From positions 1 to 41,512 of the forward strand of contig JAVECL010000159.1 of assembly GCA_051942245.1 (NCBI GenBank): 41,512 bases of DNA. The letters are read 5' to 3'. A model generated the notes under the pieces. That model searched no databases, had not been told where the DNA came from, and saw only the letters and a program-made list of their open reading frames with translations. Positions within the stretch are counted from its first letter, which is position 1; each line of letters begins with the position of its first letter. The stretch comes from Trypethelium eluteriae (lineage: Eukaryota). Below are positions 1 to 11,744 of the stretch, one piece after another. Position numbers and translations under genes: made by a program.

Positions 1-1114
1 GGGAGTCGTCGAGGAGGTGGGCAGTGATTTGCTCGACGTTGTCGTTGTACTCGTCGAGGAGACGCAGGACGAAGCCGGATCCTAGGTCGGGGAACAGATC
101 TTGGATTTGGGTGATCAGGCTCATCTTGTGGATGTGTATTCCATTGAAGGCGTCATGCCCGTACTCGTGCTTAGCTTTGCCTTTTCCCTTATCCACTTTG
201 TCGGCCTTCCATCTTGTGGCCCGCTTTATATTTGCGTTAGAGAAGCCACTAATAGAATCGATCAGCTTTCTGGCTCGCAAGGCATCAGGTCCGGCAACAC
301 CAGCTCCAATGTGGTCCAGAAGGGGAGTATTGGTGACAACATCGGAAAGTAAAGATACATGACCCGAATTGTCCTTTTGCAATAAATCTGCATTGCTTTT
401 AAGATTGTATACCTGATCCGAAAGGAGAGAGAGATTCAGCTTCTCTCCCTGCAATAAGGAATCCAGTCCTAGGAAAGCTACGGCTGCGATTTTAGACTTT
501 AAAGTTGGACCTGCTTTTGAGTATGAAGATAACAGTGAATCGAGGAAGTCTGATCCGGTCATGAACAAAGTCCCCGTTTCAGGCGAGGCACGAATTAGCG
601 GTGCCAACTGTGCAAGTTGTTTTTCTGCATCTTCCAGTCTAGCGGAGTCGAGCGACTTGTTAAGGGATGTTTTCAAGATTTGCAGTGAAGGCTCCAGCGA
701 AGTTTTTTTCCTCTTCCATAAACTTTGCAGAAGGTCGCGTAGAGTGTTGCTTCGCCAATAGACATGGCTAAGGTCTGCAAGGAATGTCCACTTCAACAAA
801 TCCTCCGGGATATTGTCAGACTGAGACAGGAGTCGATGACTCAGTAAAAAGCAGTGTTTCCTCAACCTCAAACCTTTGTCGCTCAAAAAATTTAAGTCAT
901 TGCCTTCGGCCCTGACAGCTTCATGGAAATAAGATATCAGGAAGGAAATGAGGGACGAATCTCTTGATGAAACTAGAGCAAATTTCTTGTTCTCGAGCGT
1001 TAGATGGGCTTCACTCAACAGTATCCATGCATCGAGACAGGCTTCCCATTCTTCGGGAACAATATCTTTTCGAAACTTTGACTCTGGAAAAGCCGCAAAT
1101 GGGGGGAGAGCCAT
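1..1114 (-). CDS. CUE3: CUE-domain protein, Cue3/Rqt3 (ASCC2-like) subunit of the ribosome quality control trigger complex; 3' part runs off the window
   Basis: Minus-strand frame read by hand from ATG 1114 (MALPPFAAFPESKFRKDIVPEEWEACLDAWILL...) stays open to base 1. It reaches MSLITQIQDLFPDLGSGFVLRLLDEYNDNVEQITAHLLDDS, a CUE-domain signature (FPDL...V..LL) at about residue 330-370, as in fungal Cue3/ASCC2. It is absent from the ORF track because there is no stop inside the window. Confidence 0.8.
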   Translation of the reverse strand, partial: MALPPFAAFPESKFRKDIVPEEWEACLDAWILLSEAHLTLENKKFALVSSRDSSLISFLISYFHEAVRAEGNDLNFLSDKGLRLRKHCFLLSHRLLSQSDNIPEDLLKWTFLADLSHVYWRSNTLRDLLQSLWKRKKTSLEPSLQILKTSLNKSLDSARLEDAEKQLAQLAPLIRASPETGTLFMTGSDFLDSLLSSYSKAGPTLKSKIAAVAFLGLDSLLQGEKLNLSLLSDQVYNLKSNADLLQKDNSGHVSLLSDVVTNTPLLDHIGAGVAGPDALRARKLIDSISGFSNANIKRATRWKADKVDKGKGKAKHEYGHDAFNGIHIHKMSLITQIQDLFPDLGSGFVLRLLDEYNDNVEQITAHLLDDS

Positions 1115-1444
1115 GTTCTTCGGGATATATCACGACCTTGAAGATTTTATTCATGGATACAAAGGTTTCCAGAATGCACCCAATTCCCCAAGTCACTCTT
1201 GGTCGATAGTGCGAATTGGCCTGGGATATCTAAATATTCACGTTCGAGTCATGATCATGAGATGCGGTAAACTGGTATCCCAAAGCGGTAAAGCTTGCAC
1301 AAAAGTTCGCCAAGAGTTTACCACGTGACCCACGCAACTGTCAAGCGTCGCATTCAACTCCGCGACCGAGCCCACACTGCAATTCAACTACCCGACTCCA
1401 ATCGTCACTTTGCCGGACCGCAAGATCCGAGTCGCGATTGGGCA
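1115..1444. promoter_or_regulatory. Short bidirectional promoter region shared by CUE3 and RPS20; E-box CACGTGAC at 1322-1329
   Basis: 330 bp separate two divergent ATGs. CACGTGA matches the Cbf1-type bHLH site. ATTCAACT occurs twice (about 1352 and 1382). Confidence 0.55.
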
Positions 1445-1982
1445 ATGTCGTTCCAAAAAGATGAAAAAGCCTTTGGGGGCGAAGGTCCCAAAATTCACAA
1501 GATCCGCATCACCCTTACCTCTCGCAAAGTCCAGTCGCTCGAGAAGGTCTGCACTGAGCTCATCGAGCGTGCTAAGACAAGTATGCCTTTCCTTCGATCG
1601 GAAGTTGAATGCAAGATCTATGCTGACAAATATCATCAGAGAATCTCCGTGTCCAAGGTCCCGTCCGTCTTCCCACAAAGAATCTAAAAGTAACCACACG
1701 CAAGACTCCCTGTGGTGTACGTATCTTCTTCCGCACAGAAAAGTCGATCGTGACACTAAATGGAGTCTACAGGAGGGTTCAAAGACTTGGGACACATTTG
1801 AGATGAGGATCCACAAGCGGCTGATCGAGTGAGTGCACCATATCCAATGGAGGGATATGGATCTCCATGTTACACACACAGGGCTAACAACGTGCAGTCT
1901 CGCTGCGCCTACCGAGGTTGTGAAGCAAATCATCATCAACATTGAGGCCGGTGTCGAAGTGGAGGTTACCATTGCAGCATAG
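1445..1982 (+). CDS. RPS20: 40S ribosomal protein S20 (uS10), 117 aa; exons 1445-1580, 1640-1716, 1773-1828, 1898-1982
   Basis: The spliced product [36 protein letters not shown]...[40 protein letters not shown]...[10 protein letters not shown] is unmistakable uS10. Three canonical GT-AG introns with branch sites. Confidence 0.97.
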
Positions 1983-2326
1983 AGAATCTTGAACGATCTG
2001 GCGATCGCTGTAGGTTAGAATCTTTAGTAGATCAATCATGAGCTTGAATGATCAGCTTTGGTCCATCGACTTGATTACACTTCTTGTATCACGGCCTAAG
2101 AAACAGTGAGCAATGACATCACGTTTATTAAGTATCACTACGGCTTCACCATAGAATTCAACGCTTCCTGCATGTGTTATGCACGCAAGAAGACATGGCG
2201 ACTTCATTTCTCTCCACCTAAGTCATTCTTCACATCACACTGAGGAGAACGTGCCCTTGTCCCTACTCATTACTCACCTCCAGAAATTCAGCAAAACCTT
2301 CTGAACATTTCTTGCACATCTTTGAT

Positions 2327-3230
2327 ATGGCTCCCAAAAATAAGGTTAGAGTGTCCAGTGCGATTACTACAGCTCGATAAGAGCTTACCCAGAGGCTGGC
2401 ATTAGAAAACAGGCATCCATGGCTTTGGCAGTGTTGCAGGGCGCACCACTGCTCCAAAGATTACACCAACAAAGCAGAACAATAAAAGGAAGACAGGTAT
2501 TTATTCTCTTGGCGAAGTCTTGGACAGAGCTGAATCTTCGAAAAAGGTATGAGATTGCTTAGATCTGATCTATGTTTCATTGTAGTGAGTAAACTGACAA
2601 GCAAGACAGAAGCGAGATGATTATGCTGCCGCCACTGAGGACAACTATCAACCAAAAGTCGGATACAAGTCAGAGAGCGATTCAGATGACGATTTCGACA
2701 AGTCTGACTTGAAGAGGGATGCGGAGGTTCTTAGAAAGGAGAACGAAGCGCGTGAAGATAGCATCACCGAGCGAGAGAGGAAGCTGAGACAAGATGCGGA
2801 CGGACTACTCCTACGGTCTCGGACCTCTGGCTACACTCTATCAGGAGACACGGTCGAAGGAAGAAAGCCAAACACGAAGTCGTTGAAGGACAAGAACGAC
2901 AGGGGAGCTCTCGAAGAGCCCCACAAGGACTCAAAGGAGGAGATGATCATCTTCGCCAATGATACGCTCCACAGGGTGAGTGATAAGATTTATGTGACTG
3001 ACATGCATGTCATCACGGGGAACATTGTAAAGTGGACGGGATCGACTTCTGAAATTGGAGGCCGTAAAGGCAAGGTTGTTGAATTCCTGGGAGGGGAGGA
3101 AGCAGCAAAGTACAAGAAGCTCATCGAAGAAGAGATTGAAAAATTATTCCCATTGAGCTCGTCTGCACAAATCGGCCAGGACGAGGAGGGTGGGAAGGGA
3201 AATGATGGTATGGAGGCTGGTGAGACTTGA
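2327..3230 (+). CDS. Hypothetical highly charged protein (about 259 aa, or 240 aa if in-frame intron 2976-3032 is spliced); exons 2327-2344, 2406-2546, 2610-3230
   Basis: Introns 2345-2405 (GTTAGA..CTTAC..TAG) and 2547-2609 (GTATGA..ACTGAC..CAG) join in phase 0. This extends the ATG-less 2709-3230 ORF to MAPKNKKTGIHGFGSV...KRKTGIYSLGEV...KRDDY... No family recognised. Confidence 0.55.
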
Positions 3231-4684
3231 GGAGGTCGAATATATTGAGCATGGCTATGAGGCAGACGGACGGGCCTCGAGTTGGCAGCGATTCCTTGCT
3301 GCATGATGGCTTTCTTTTTCTTGCGGAGTCTACGATAGACCACTAACGATATGAAATACAAATGCTTAGCTCAGATTCCTCTGCATTGGTGCTATCCTTG
3401 CAGCAAAAACTCCATGAAGTAGTGGCCTTCATCCTAGCGATCCCACTTAGCCATGTTTGATTAGCGTCTGGCTTTCTGAGTGTTGGCTATCCCTTGGAGA
3501 GACTGTAAAAGATATAAGTCATCTTTCCCCTCCAATGTCCATTGCAAGCGCTGGCACGTAGTTCCTGGCGAATATACAGTCAATATAGTTCAAATTTGAA
3601 TGTTCGTAACCTGTCTTTCCGCTCTACTGAAATAGTCAGATTCTTTCTCACGAAGTTATTCCAGGATACTGCTTTCCATTTCCGCGACTGTTGGGATGAG
3701 TTCCGTGGGTCAATTGCCCCCTGACTGGGACTAGAGTAGGAGCAGGGCCGCCCGGCTCAGCTTCGGCACACCTATGTACTCTACTCTAATCCTTACCCTT
3801 GGGATTCAATTCTACGTTCTCCTCGATGAGGAGGACCCTGTCCTATGTAATAGCCCTTCCTTGCCTTGCCTTCCTATTTCATTTTCTCTTTCTTCGATGC
3901 ACCAGCGTAGTCTCTATCTACTTCTACTTTGCCTTCTGTGCAAGGTGAATAGATCTGCACGTTGCAGGTTACTGGCCTCTGGAAGAATGCCGGGAGAAGG
4001 AAAGTCCAGGTGACAGGATCCTTGAGGATACCGCACTGCAATGGAACGGCGTTGTGACGGCTGGGCTCTCTAAAACATTCCACGCTTGTAGGTGCCTACT
4101 CCAAAGTAAAACTAGGAATGATCGTCGCCATCTTTAACCCCACCCCGACGTTACATCAAACGCGTCTCACAAGCCAGTGAAAAGACCAACCGTCTCTTTT
4201 CTTTGTCCAATGTCCAGCTCTAGGATGGAATTGTATAAATCTCCGCTTTAACACAGGACGGCTTAACCGGAAATCCTCGGCAGGTGGGCTTAATAGGAGT
4301 GTGACACTTTGCCCGTGACGACATCTTTCTTCGTGGGGGTCATGCGGGTTTTGAACAATCCATTCATAGCCTTCGCTAGCGCTCTCACGATCTTCAAACA
4401 CCCTTTTTCCTTCAAAAAGCTCGGGAATCTAGTCAAAGAGAAGCATGATCCTTGTACAGAGATGTACCTCGGAGGAACGGTGAGAAATAGGCAAGCTGAC
4501 AGGATCATCGGGCCTCCAGTTTACGGTAAGAATATTTATTACAGTCAATAATGCCCGTTTGCAAAACTCATAGAATACACTTCTTCGAACTGCCATTTGT
4601 TATCTCGTTTCGTGGCAGCTCGAAATCTTCTTGGTGTATATATCTCTGTAGACTATCATCTTCACTGTTACCACGCTCTTAACT

Positions 4685-6210
4685 ATGTACCCGCTCTCCC
4701 TCGCTCTATGTATCAATGCCGCTACAGCTTGGCCGTTCAGCCTAAAAGCGCGCCAGTCCTCCACAAAAGCTTATGCTTCGTCATCGGACCTCTCACTCGC
4801 ATTGAGCTCTTACAGTGTCCCAACTCTGAACGGTGGCAACCAGGGAAGCATTTCTAAGACTTGGCAATTAACTGTAGACGATACAAACGCTGGCAAGAAG
4901 CAGGCTGTGGCAGGATTTGGCGCCGCCATTACTGATTCAACCGTCTCTGTATTCAACTCGCTTCCAGGCTCGCAGCAATCGCAGCTGCTGCAGGACCTTT
5001 TCACTAGCAATGGAGTTAACTTCAATCTGATGAGACATACCCTCGCCTCCTCGGACCTGTCAGCCAACGCGTATACATATGATGACGCCAACGGTCAGGT
5101 TGACACCAGTTTCAATTACTTTAACCTTGGAGGCTCTGGCAATGCCATGACTGCCTTTATCGCTCAGGCCAAAGCAGTCCAGCCGGAATTCACTCTGCTC
5201 GGAACACCATGGGCGCCTCCTGGTTGGATGCAGTTAGACGGAGTTTTGACCGGCACTACTGTCAACAATAATCTAAATCACGACTATGTCGATTCGTTTG
5301 CGGAATACTTCGTTAGGTACCTTCAAGCTTTCGAAAGTGGAGGTGCTCACGTAGATGCTATCACAATTCAGAATGAACCTCTCAACAGTCAATCAGGCTA
5401 TCCTACAATGTACGTATATGCGGACGAATCTGCTGGCTTGATACAAGACAACGTTGGCCCCGCTTTACGAAATGCCGGTCTGTCCACCCAGATTTGGGCA
5501 TATGACCACAACACAGGTATGCCAAACTCGAGCTCTGGACCAATCATTTCCAAATCGCTTCATGGCTGAACCATGCTCACCCTTTCCCAGATGTACCTAG
5601 CTATCCGCAGACCGTCATCAACGGCGCCTCCTCCTACGTCAACACCGTGGCATGGCATTGCTACGCAACCAACAACAGCTGGTCAGTGCTCACCGACTTC
5701 CACAACTCCAATCCCTCCGTCACACAATACATGACCGAGTGCTGGACATCGCCAGAGACTGCCTGGAACCAAGCCGCCGACTTCACGATGGGCCCACTCC
5801 AAAACTGGGCGTCGGGAGCCATGGCCTGGGTCCTGGGCACCGATACCAATTACGGGCCGCACTTGAGCAGTGGCGGCTGCTCGGACTGCCGTGGTCTGTT
5901 TACTGTAGACACTAACGCCGGCACATATGAGCTGCAGGTCGACTACTACATGCTCGGGCAGTTCAGCAAGTTCATCCCGCGCAACGCCATCGTGCTCGAC
6001 GGCACGGGGTCGTATGACTACGGGAATGGACAGAAGGTTGAAGCCGTCGGGACGCTGAATCCCGATGGGACGAGGACGATTGTGGTGGAGAATTTATTTG
6101 ATGAGGAGATCTGGCTGAGTGTGACGATGGGGAGTGGAGAGGGGACGTGGAATGGCCAGATCACAGGCAACGGGGTTACGACTTGGGTTCTGCCTCCGAG
6201 CTCTAAGTGA
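4685..6210 (+). CDS. Secreted glycoside hydrolase family 30 (probable endo-beta-1,6-glucanase, GH30_3-like), 483 aa; intron 5517-5590
   Basis: Signal peptide, GFGAAITD, PWAPPGWM, acid/base motif ITIQNEP, WAYDHN, AWHCY, nucleophile motif YMTECW and YYMLGQFSKFI. The intron GTATGC..CTCAC..CAG restores the frame (HNT|DVPSYP). Confidence 0.9.
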
Positions 6211-6697
6211 GAGCAGGTGCATGACGTGCGACATGACTTATTATGATATATGATGGATGAGAAGGTTGGATAGATTTGCATGGAAACTGGTTCGCGATAA
6301 AGATACGTTTTTCTTGTATATATGTATGCGTCTTCAAGCCGGGAAAGATTGACAGGTGGATCAAGTAAAATACAGTACCCTATATGGCCCACAGGCTATT
6401 TCCAAGCGCCACAGGACATGCGTAGGAAGCAGACTTTATTGCAACGCCCTGGTAAATTCTTCTGTAAAGGGATACTTGTCCGGTGATTTGCGTCTAGGCT
6501 CTACGCGCTTCTCCGTGTCTTTGCTTTCCACCATTCCGATGCCCCAGGAGTGAGATCTTGAAATTCCCACAGGCTCCCACTTACAAACTGTGTCATGACA
6601 TGGTGAATAGGCTAGGTCCTCTATCTAATTACATCAGCTTGATCCACCTAAGCGGTTGGGGAGGCAAAGACTTACCTGAGTCGTGTCAACATCGCGA

Positions 6698-9233
6698 TTA
6701 ATCCTCATACAAGAACCAAGACGCAGTCTCCCTCGCATGTAGCATCGGCCCGCCAGCTCTTGGAACCTTAGGTACTCCGTACGTCGACAATGTCGATGGA
6801 ACCACAGACGAGCTCGCAGTAACGGGACCCTCTGTGGTGCTGGAGGGCACAGAATCCGAAGTGTCTCCAGTGGTGGCCGTCTCTTCGTCGATGCAAGTGT
6901 CTGAGCTGGTACCAGGCAGTGCAGGAGAGCTGGTCGTCTCAGGGCTAGTCGGTGCTGTCGAGGACGGTCCCTGGGCACTGGAATCGGAGCTGGCAGTGAC
7001 TGGCCCGCTTAGCGTATGTGATGACAGAGACTCGGGACCATAGGTTGGGGTCGCTTTGGTTGACAGGCTCGGAGAGGAAGCTGTAGAGGTGCTGGGTGTA
7101 GGGCTGGCCGTGACGGGGCTCTCTACCGTACTTGAGGACGTGGTAACTAGAGAATAGGTCAGTGTAGTCCCTTCCTCCTCGGTGCAGGTTTCTGTGGATG
7201 ATGCCGGTGGGCTAGGAGAGCTGACGGCTCCTGTCGTCACAGGGCTACTAGGTGTGCTAGAGGGAGAATACGTCAGAGAGCTACCCGATGGCCCATGCGA
7301 ATTACTAGCGAAACCCGAAGAAGTTGTAGAGGGGATAATGCTACTGTTGTAGCTTGGACCAGTTACGGGACCACTTGGTGTGGCATTTGGAGAGGACGTT
7401 GGTACAACTATAGTTGCAGAGGATTCAGTGGAGAGCGGCGTGACGCTCGAGTTCGAGGCTGTTGCTGGACTGATGGAAGTGCTTGTTGTAGGTGTCTTTG
7501 GCACATTTGCCGTTGATGAGTTACTGATGCCTGGCAAAGTATAACTTCCACTTGAACTCGTTCCCGGAACTGTTGCAGGCGTACTCGCTGGGGTAGTCGA
7601 AGAGCTATTGGCTTGGGAATGACTTATTGGAGTATTCGAAGGCCCGTAACCGCTGGAACCAGGTCCCGATGATATTGAGCCTGTAAGGGTGATTGATGAT
7701 GAATTACGCGAAGGGGGGAAACTCGTCCCAGGTCCGGTCGTGGGTATTATAGGTGTGCTCGTTGTAAGAAAGGTGCTATTATTTGTAGGAAAACTGGAAG
7801 AAGGGCTATACGGTGTTGAGGTCAGGCTTACACCTGGACCTGTCGTGTGTCCAGTCCCAGAAATGGGTGGAACAGTCGAGTTCAAGCTGGAAGTATAAGC
7901 AGGATATCCAGAGGGGTAAGGAGGACTCAAGCTCGATGTGATCGATGTGCTAGGTGCTGTACCCAGCGGAACCGATGTCGAAAGTATTGACGGACTATTA
8001 GCTGTTACTGGGGACGTTGCTGTCGAGCCAGTGGTGCCTGAGGGCTTCCCTGTTCCTGAAGGTCCGGACGAAGTGAGATTGCCGCTCGACGGGTATGGGG
8101 CCGGGGTCGTGGAGCGAGTTCCAGGCGTCGAAGGTGCCGTACCAGTGGGTATCAATGGCGTTGTCGGCGAAGTCGTAGAAATGCCAGTATGACCAGTGCC
8201 TGTTAGGGAGGGATAGCTACTTGTGTTAGTCGATGAGTGGGTAACACCTGAGGAGCCACCTGTCGGTCCAATTGAGGTGCCTGGAGATCCATAGCCAGGA
8301 CTCGACGAAAAAGGATACGGTAGAGACTGAGAGGACAAAGAAGATGCGCCTCCATTGGGCTTGCTCGAAGAGGCCGAACTTGAACTGGCCGAGGTCTTCG
8401 AAGGAGGAAATTGAGTAACGGTGCTGCTGGATCCCCCGCTCGGAGAATGACCGCCTGATGAGCTTGTATAATTTGATGGCGATGCAGCTGATAGTGAGGG
8501 TAAGCCTTTGGAAGAGCCTGTGAATGAGCTTGACGAAGGCGTAACTGTGGCAAGAAAGTAAAACTGACGTTTGATCTGTAGGAAACTTGGACGAAGACAA
8601 GCCAAACGAAAGTCAAAGAAGCAGGGAGGAGCAGGCGTAAGAGATTGAAGAGTATGGGGAAGTATTACTTGCAGGAGTGGACGAAGCATGCGTTGGAAAT
8701 GATTCTGACGATGGGCCTGTTGAGAAATTTCCTCCAGAAGGGCCACCGCTCTGTGAGATTGGCACAGTGCCAATAGGTCCTGTGAGCGTGCTTTCTGTGC
8801 TTGGTGTCGTCGGTGCGACGCTCGGCAAAGTGCTGAAGTTGGAAGACGGAATTGGAGCTGGAGTAGTAGCTCCATAGCCAGACGTTTCTATAGGTGATGG
8901 GGAGTTTCCTGGTAGAGTTGTTTCAGTGCTCGGTGTGGGTACGATCGATCCCTTGGATGCGCTAGAACTGGGGCTTGATGGATAGCTGGTACTTGCTGAT
9001 GATAGAGATGTGCTAGGAGTGGATGAGCCGGTGGGAAGGATCGAGTATGAGTTTGAAGGCCCTTGGGGAGAACTAGCGGCTGGTGGACCATAACCCTCTT
9101 GACGAGGACGGACTGCTAGTATAAAGAATTAGCATGTTCTTTACGCACATGATGCAGTAAACTTACCTGGAAGCCGCCCAGCAGCCGCCAGCGAAAGAAG
9201 AGCCGCCACTGAAAGAAGAGATTTCGACTTCAT
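6698..9233 (-). CDS. Secreted Ser/Thr/Pro/Gly-rich mucin-like (cell wall/surface) protein, about 786 aa; exons 9233-9167, 9115-8669, 8544-6698
   Basis: Signal peptide MKSKSLLSVAALLSLAAAG. Introns GTAAGT..GCTAAT..TAG and GTAATA..CAG are phase-compatible. Low-complexity S/T/P body with many N-x-S/T sites. The first ~110 residues of the 725-aa track ORF are not the real N-terminus. Confidence 0.75.
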
Positions 9234-11744
9234 GCTGGCTTTCTGTGCAGTGTTACTGCCGAGGCAGCTCTTGCAATAGACTGAGAGTAAATGTAACGAA
9301 CGTGAGCTTCTTGGGATAATAATCTCTGAGTTCTTGCCGGATAACTCTTATACTTTCACTCCTTGGTGTCTCGTCCGTGCCAAAAGGCAGTTCGCAGGAA
9401 GCATCCAGCAGTCTGCAATCCGGCGTACATTAGACGTAATGTAACGTTTTCTCGCTCGTCCCGGTCTGTACGCCTAATGGACAGCATCGAGCCGAGAGAC
9501 GCTTTGTTCTCTCATCGCTTTCCTCGTTGCCCGAAAAATTGGTGACTTACTTGGCACACAATGGTGGATGATTGCTCGAGCCACAGATGGATTTTGTGTC
9601 CACCAGAGGATCATTGCGGCTCCCATGATGGCACAGTTTCAAGGAAATATGCTTTAGCGAGGACGTTGCTCCATACTTTTCAGGAATTGAAGTGCTTGAT
9701 ACGAACCTTTCCTCCAAAATGATAGGGCAGAAGAACGGTTGATCTGTTTGCAATACGGGAGCGCACAGTATCGGAAATGAATGGGCTGGTCCTAGTTGAG
9801 AAACTTTTTGAGGTTTCGTTAGGAATCCGGTTCCATGGTGCCACTACATTTACCCGTCGGAAAAGATCTTGCAGCTGCATGTCCAGATCCAAATTTTCTT
9901 TTTGACCGGACACGAAAGGCAAATGTTAGCCACGAGCAAATAGAGCGCCAGGAGTCGAACAAGCAAGACATGTGACACCAGCTTGTGAACATGCCCGTAT
10001 TGCAACGTCAGAGACATTGACAGCTTCCTGTTTTAATGGAAGTCTCTTCTAGGACAATCGATTCTGGTGCAAATAAATTGGAAGGAGAGAGTTATGAGAG
10101 GGAAATACATTGAATGTCCCTCTTGGTAGAATAAGCTAAGGATAACCCGCAAAGAGCAGCTCAGGAGAACAGATCACTGTGTCACTGTCGTGCCAGTTCT
10201 TGTCAAGATGCCTGCTAATAGCACCGACTAGGTGGGGCATGGGCGGACATGGTTCTCGCTTTTGGAAGTCACTTAATGCCTGGCCTTGGATTGGAATCGT
10301 AGATCCTTGAAGTATCAGGCTGCGGGCGTTCCGGCATCGTAGCTCAATAGCGCCACTGCAACCGCGAAGTGGTCGACATTATGATTGTCGGCAAGATTTG
10401 AGTAAGACCTACGCAGATCGTCTATATTACTTCTCCTTGGATGCGTGAGGGTATATGGAGCATATGAATTGGTCACAGAGGGACAGTGATGGATGTGGGC
10501 TGGAGGTCGTACCTAGAGAATATCAGATTTGTTCTTGAGCTAGTTTGTGATATCACAAAGTGTGTGTGGAGACCTACTGTGGTAGCGCAGAAAAGGACTT
10601 GGGCGGTATATCAGCTACACAGATACTGCAACTTTCCTCGTTTGAGGTCCGTTTACTTGCATGTGCGATGTAAGACCCGTTTTTACGGCAGCCGTAAGCC
10701 GAGCCACAGGCCACACTGTCTCAGCTGCCAGGTTGACCTGCATGTCTTCGGCTATAGCGATGGAGACTGCATACTGCCGAATGCGTTTAGACCAGCCGAT
10801 CACCAGACGCGGAAGGATAAGTAAGAGGAATGGTGGATGGTGGGCATGCAGGGACCGAAGGGACTCAGGATCTAAATTCGTCCAAGCTCGCAGAACCTAC
10901 ACGTACATACCGTGCGGCAGGTTTGCTTGGTCAGTTCTAAAGCGCACTTTGGTATTGTGTCGCAAATTATGTGTGCAAATTCATTTGTACGAATGAGACA
11001 CGAATCCTGCTTGATGTTTGATAAAGTAGCCTGTAGCGTCATAGTTGTCTGGATGTGGAGAGTACCATATGGGTGAACCACGACCATCTCGTCCTGTCTC
11101 TGCATCGAAGAGAATTCGATCAATGCGAGTATATCACTCTGCATAAAAATCACACAAGCGAAGGCTTTCCATAATCAATTGTGTAAAGAGGGATTTTCAA
11201 GTTGTATTGCTACGCTGCAACATACGATAAGATCCAAGTGCCCTTTGCATTCCACGCTCAGCTGGACGAGGCTGGGCCCATCCCTTCGATTGAGTGAGAA
11301 GATATGCATGAAAGACCGGCCCAAGATTTTAATCCGAAGCAACTGATACCCAAGCAAGGTGCCACACCTAAAAACGCCTTGCAAACGAAGCTCAGAGACA
11401 ATTCATACCGACCGCGTGCATGGAAAACCTGTGTACAACTCCGTAACTCATAAGCGAAAGTCCGAACCGCCCTAGGGTATATGCTCCGAACAGATCGAGA
11501 AGATTCGTACATCCCATTATATACAAGAATTTATAGTTCCACGGTTAAAGACCATAGGCCAATTGAGGGGAGAGTATTCGAAGAAAAGTACGCTTGACTG
11601 ACAAGAAGAGCATGATATCCACTTGGAGCAAGGTGGCTGGTGGCTGGAGGCCGAAGTGTAGCAGTCGTGAGCTGCGAGCCGATGCAACTTGGATCGGGGA
11701 CATGAGGTGTTCCAGTAACCTTCAAAAGGATGAAGATGTCACTC

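Noticed and set aside
2546..2609. Possible stwintron: removing 2547-2585 would join G + TGAGT into a new GTGAGT donor
   Set aside because: The external intron would be only 25 nt and the product goes out of frame. A single 2547-2609 intron explains the gene.
8545..8875. N-terminal ~110 aa of the 725-aa track ORF (MELLLQLQ...)
   Set aside because: It is an off-frame reading of exon 2 plus intron sequence. The spliced model with a signal peptide from ATG 9233 fits better.
9300..11700. Scattered 60-112 aa ORFs between the mucin-like gene and the regulator-like gene
   Set aside because: No consistent strand, splice chain or protein-like composition. Treated as promoter, UTR or intergenic DNA.
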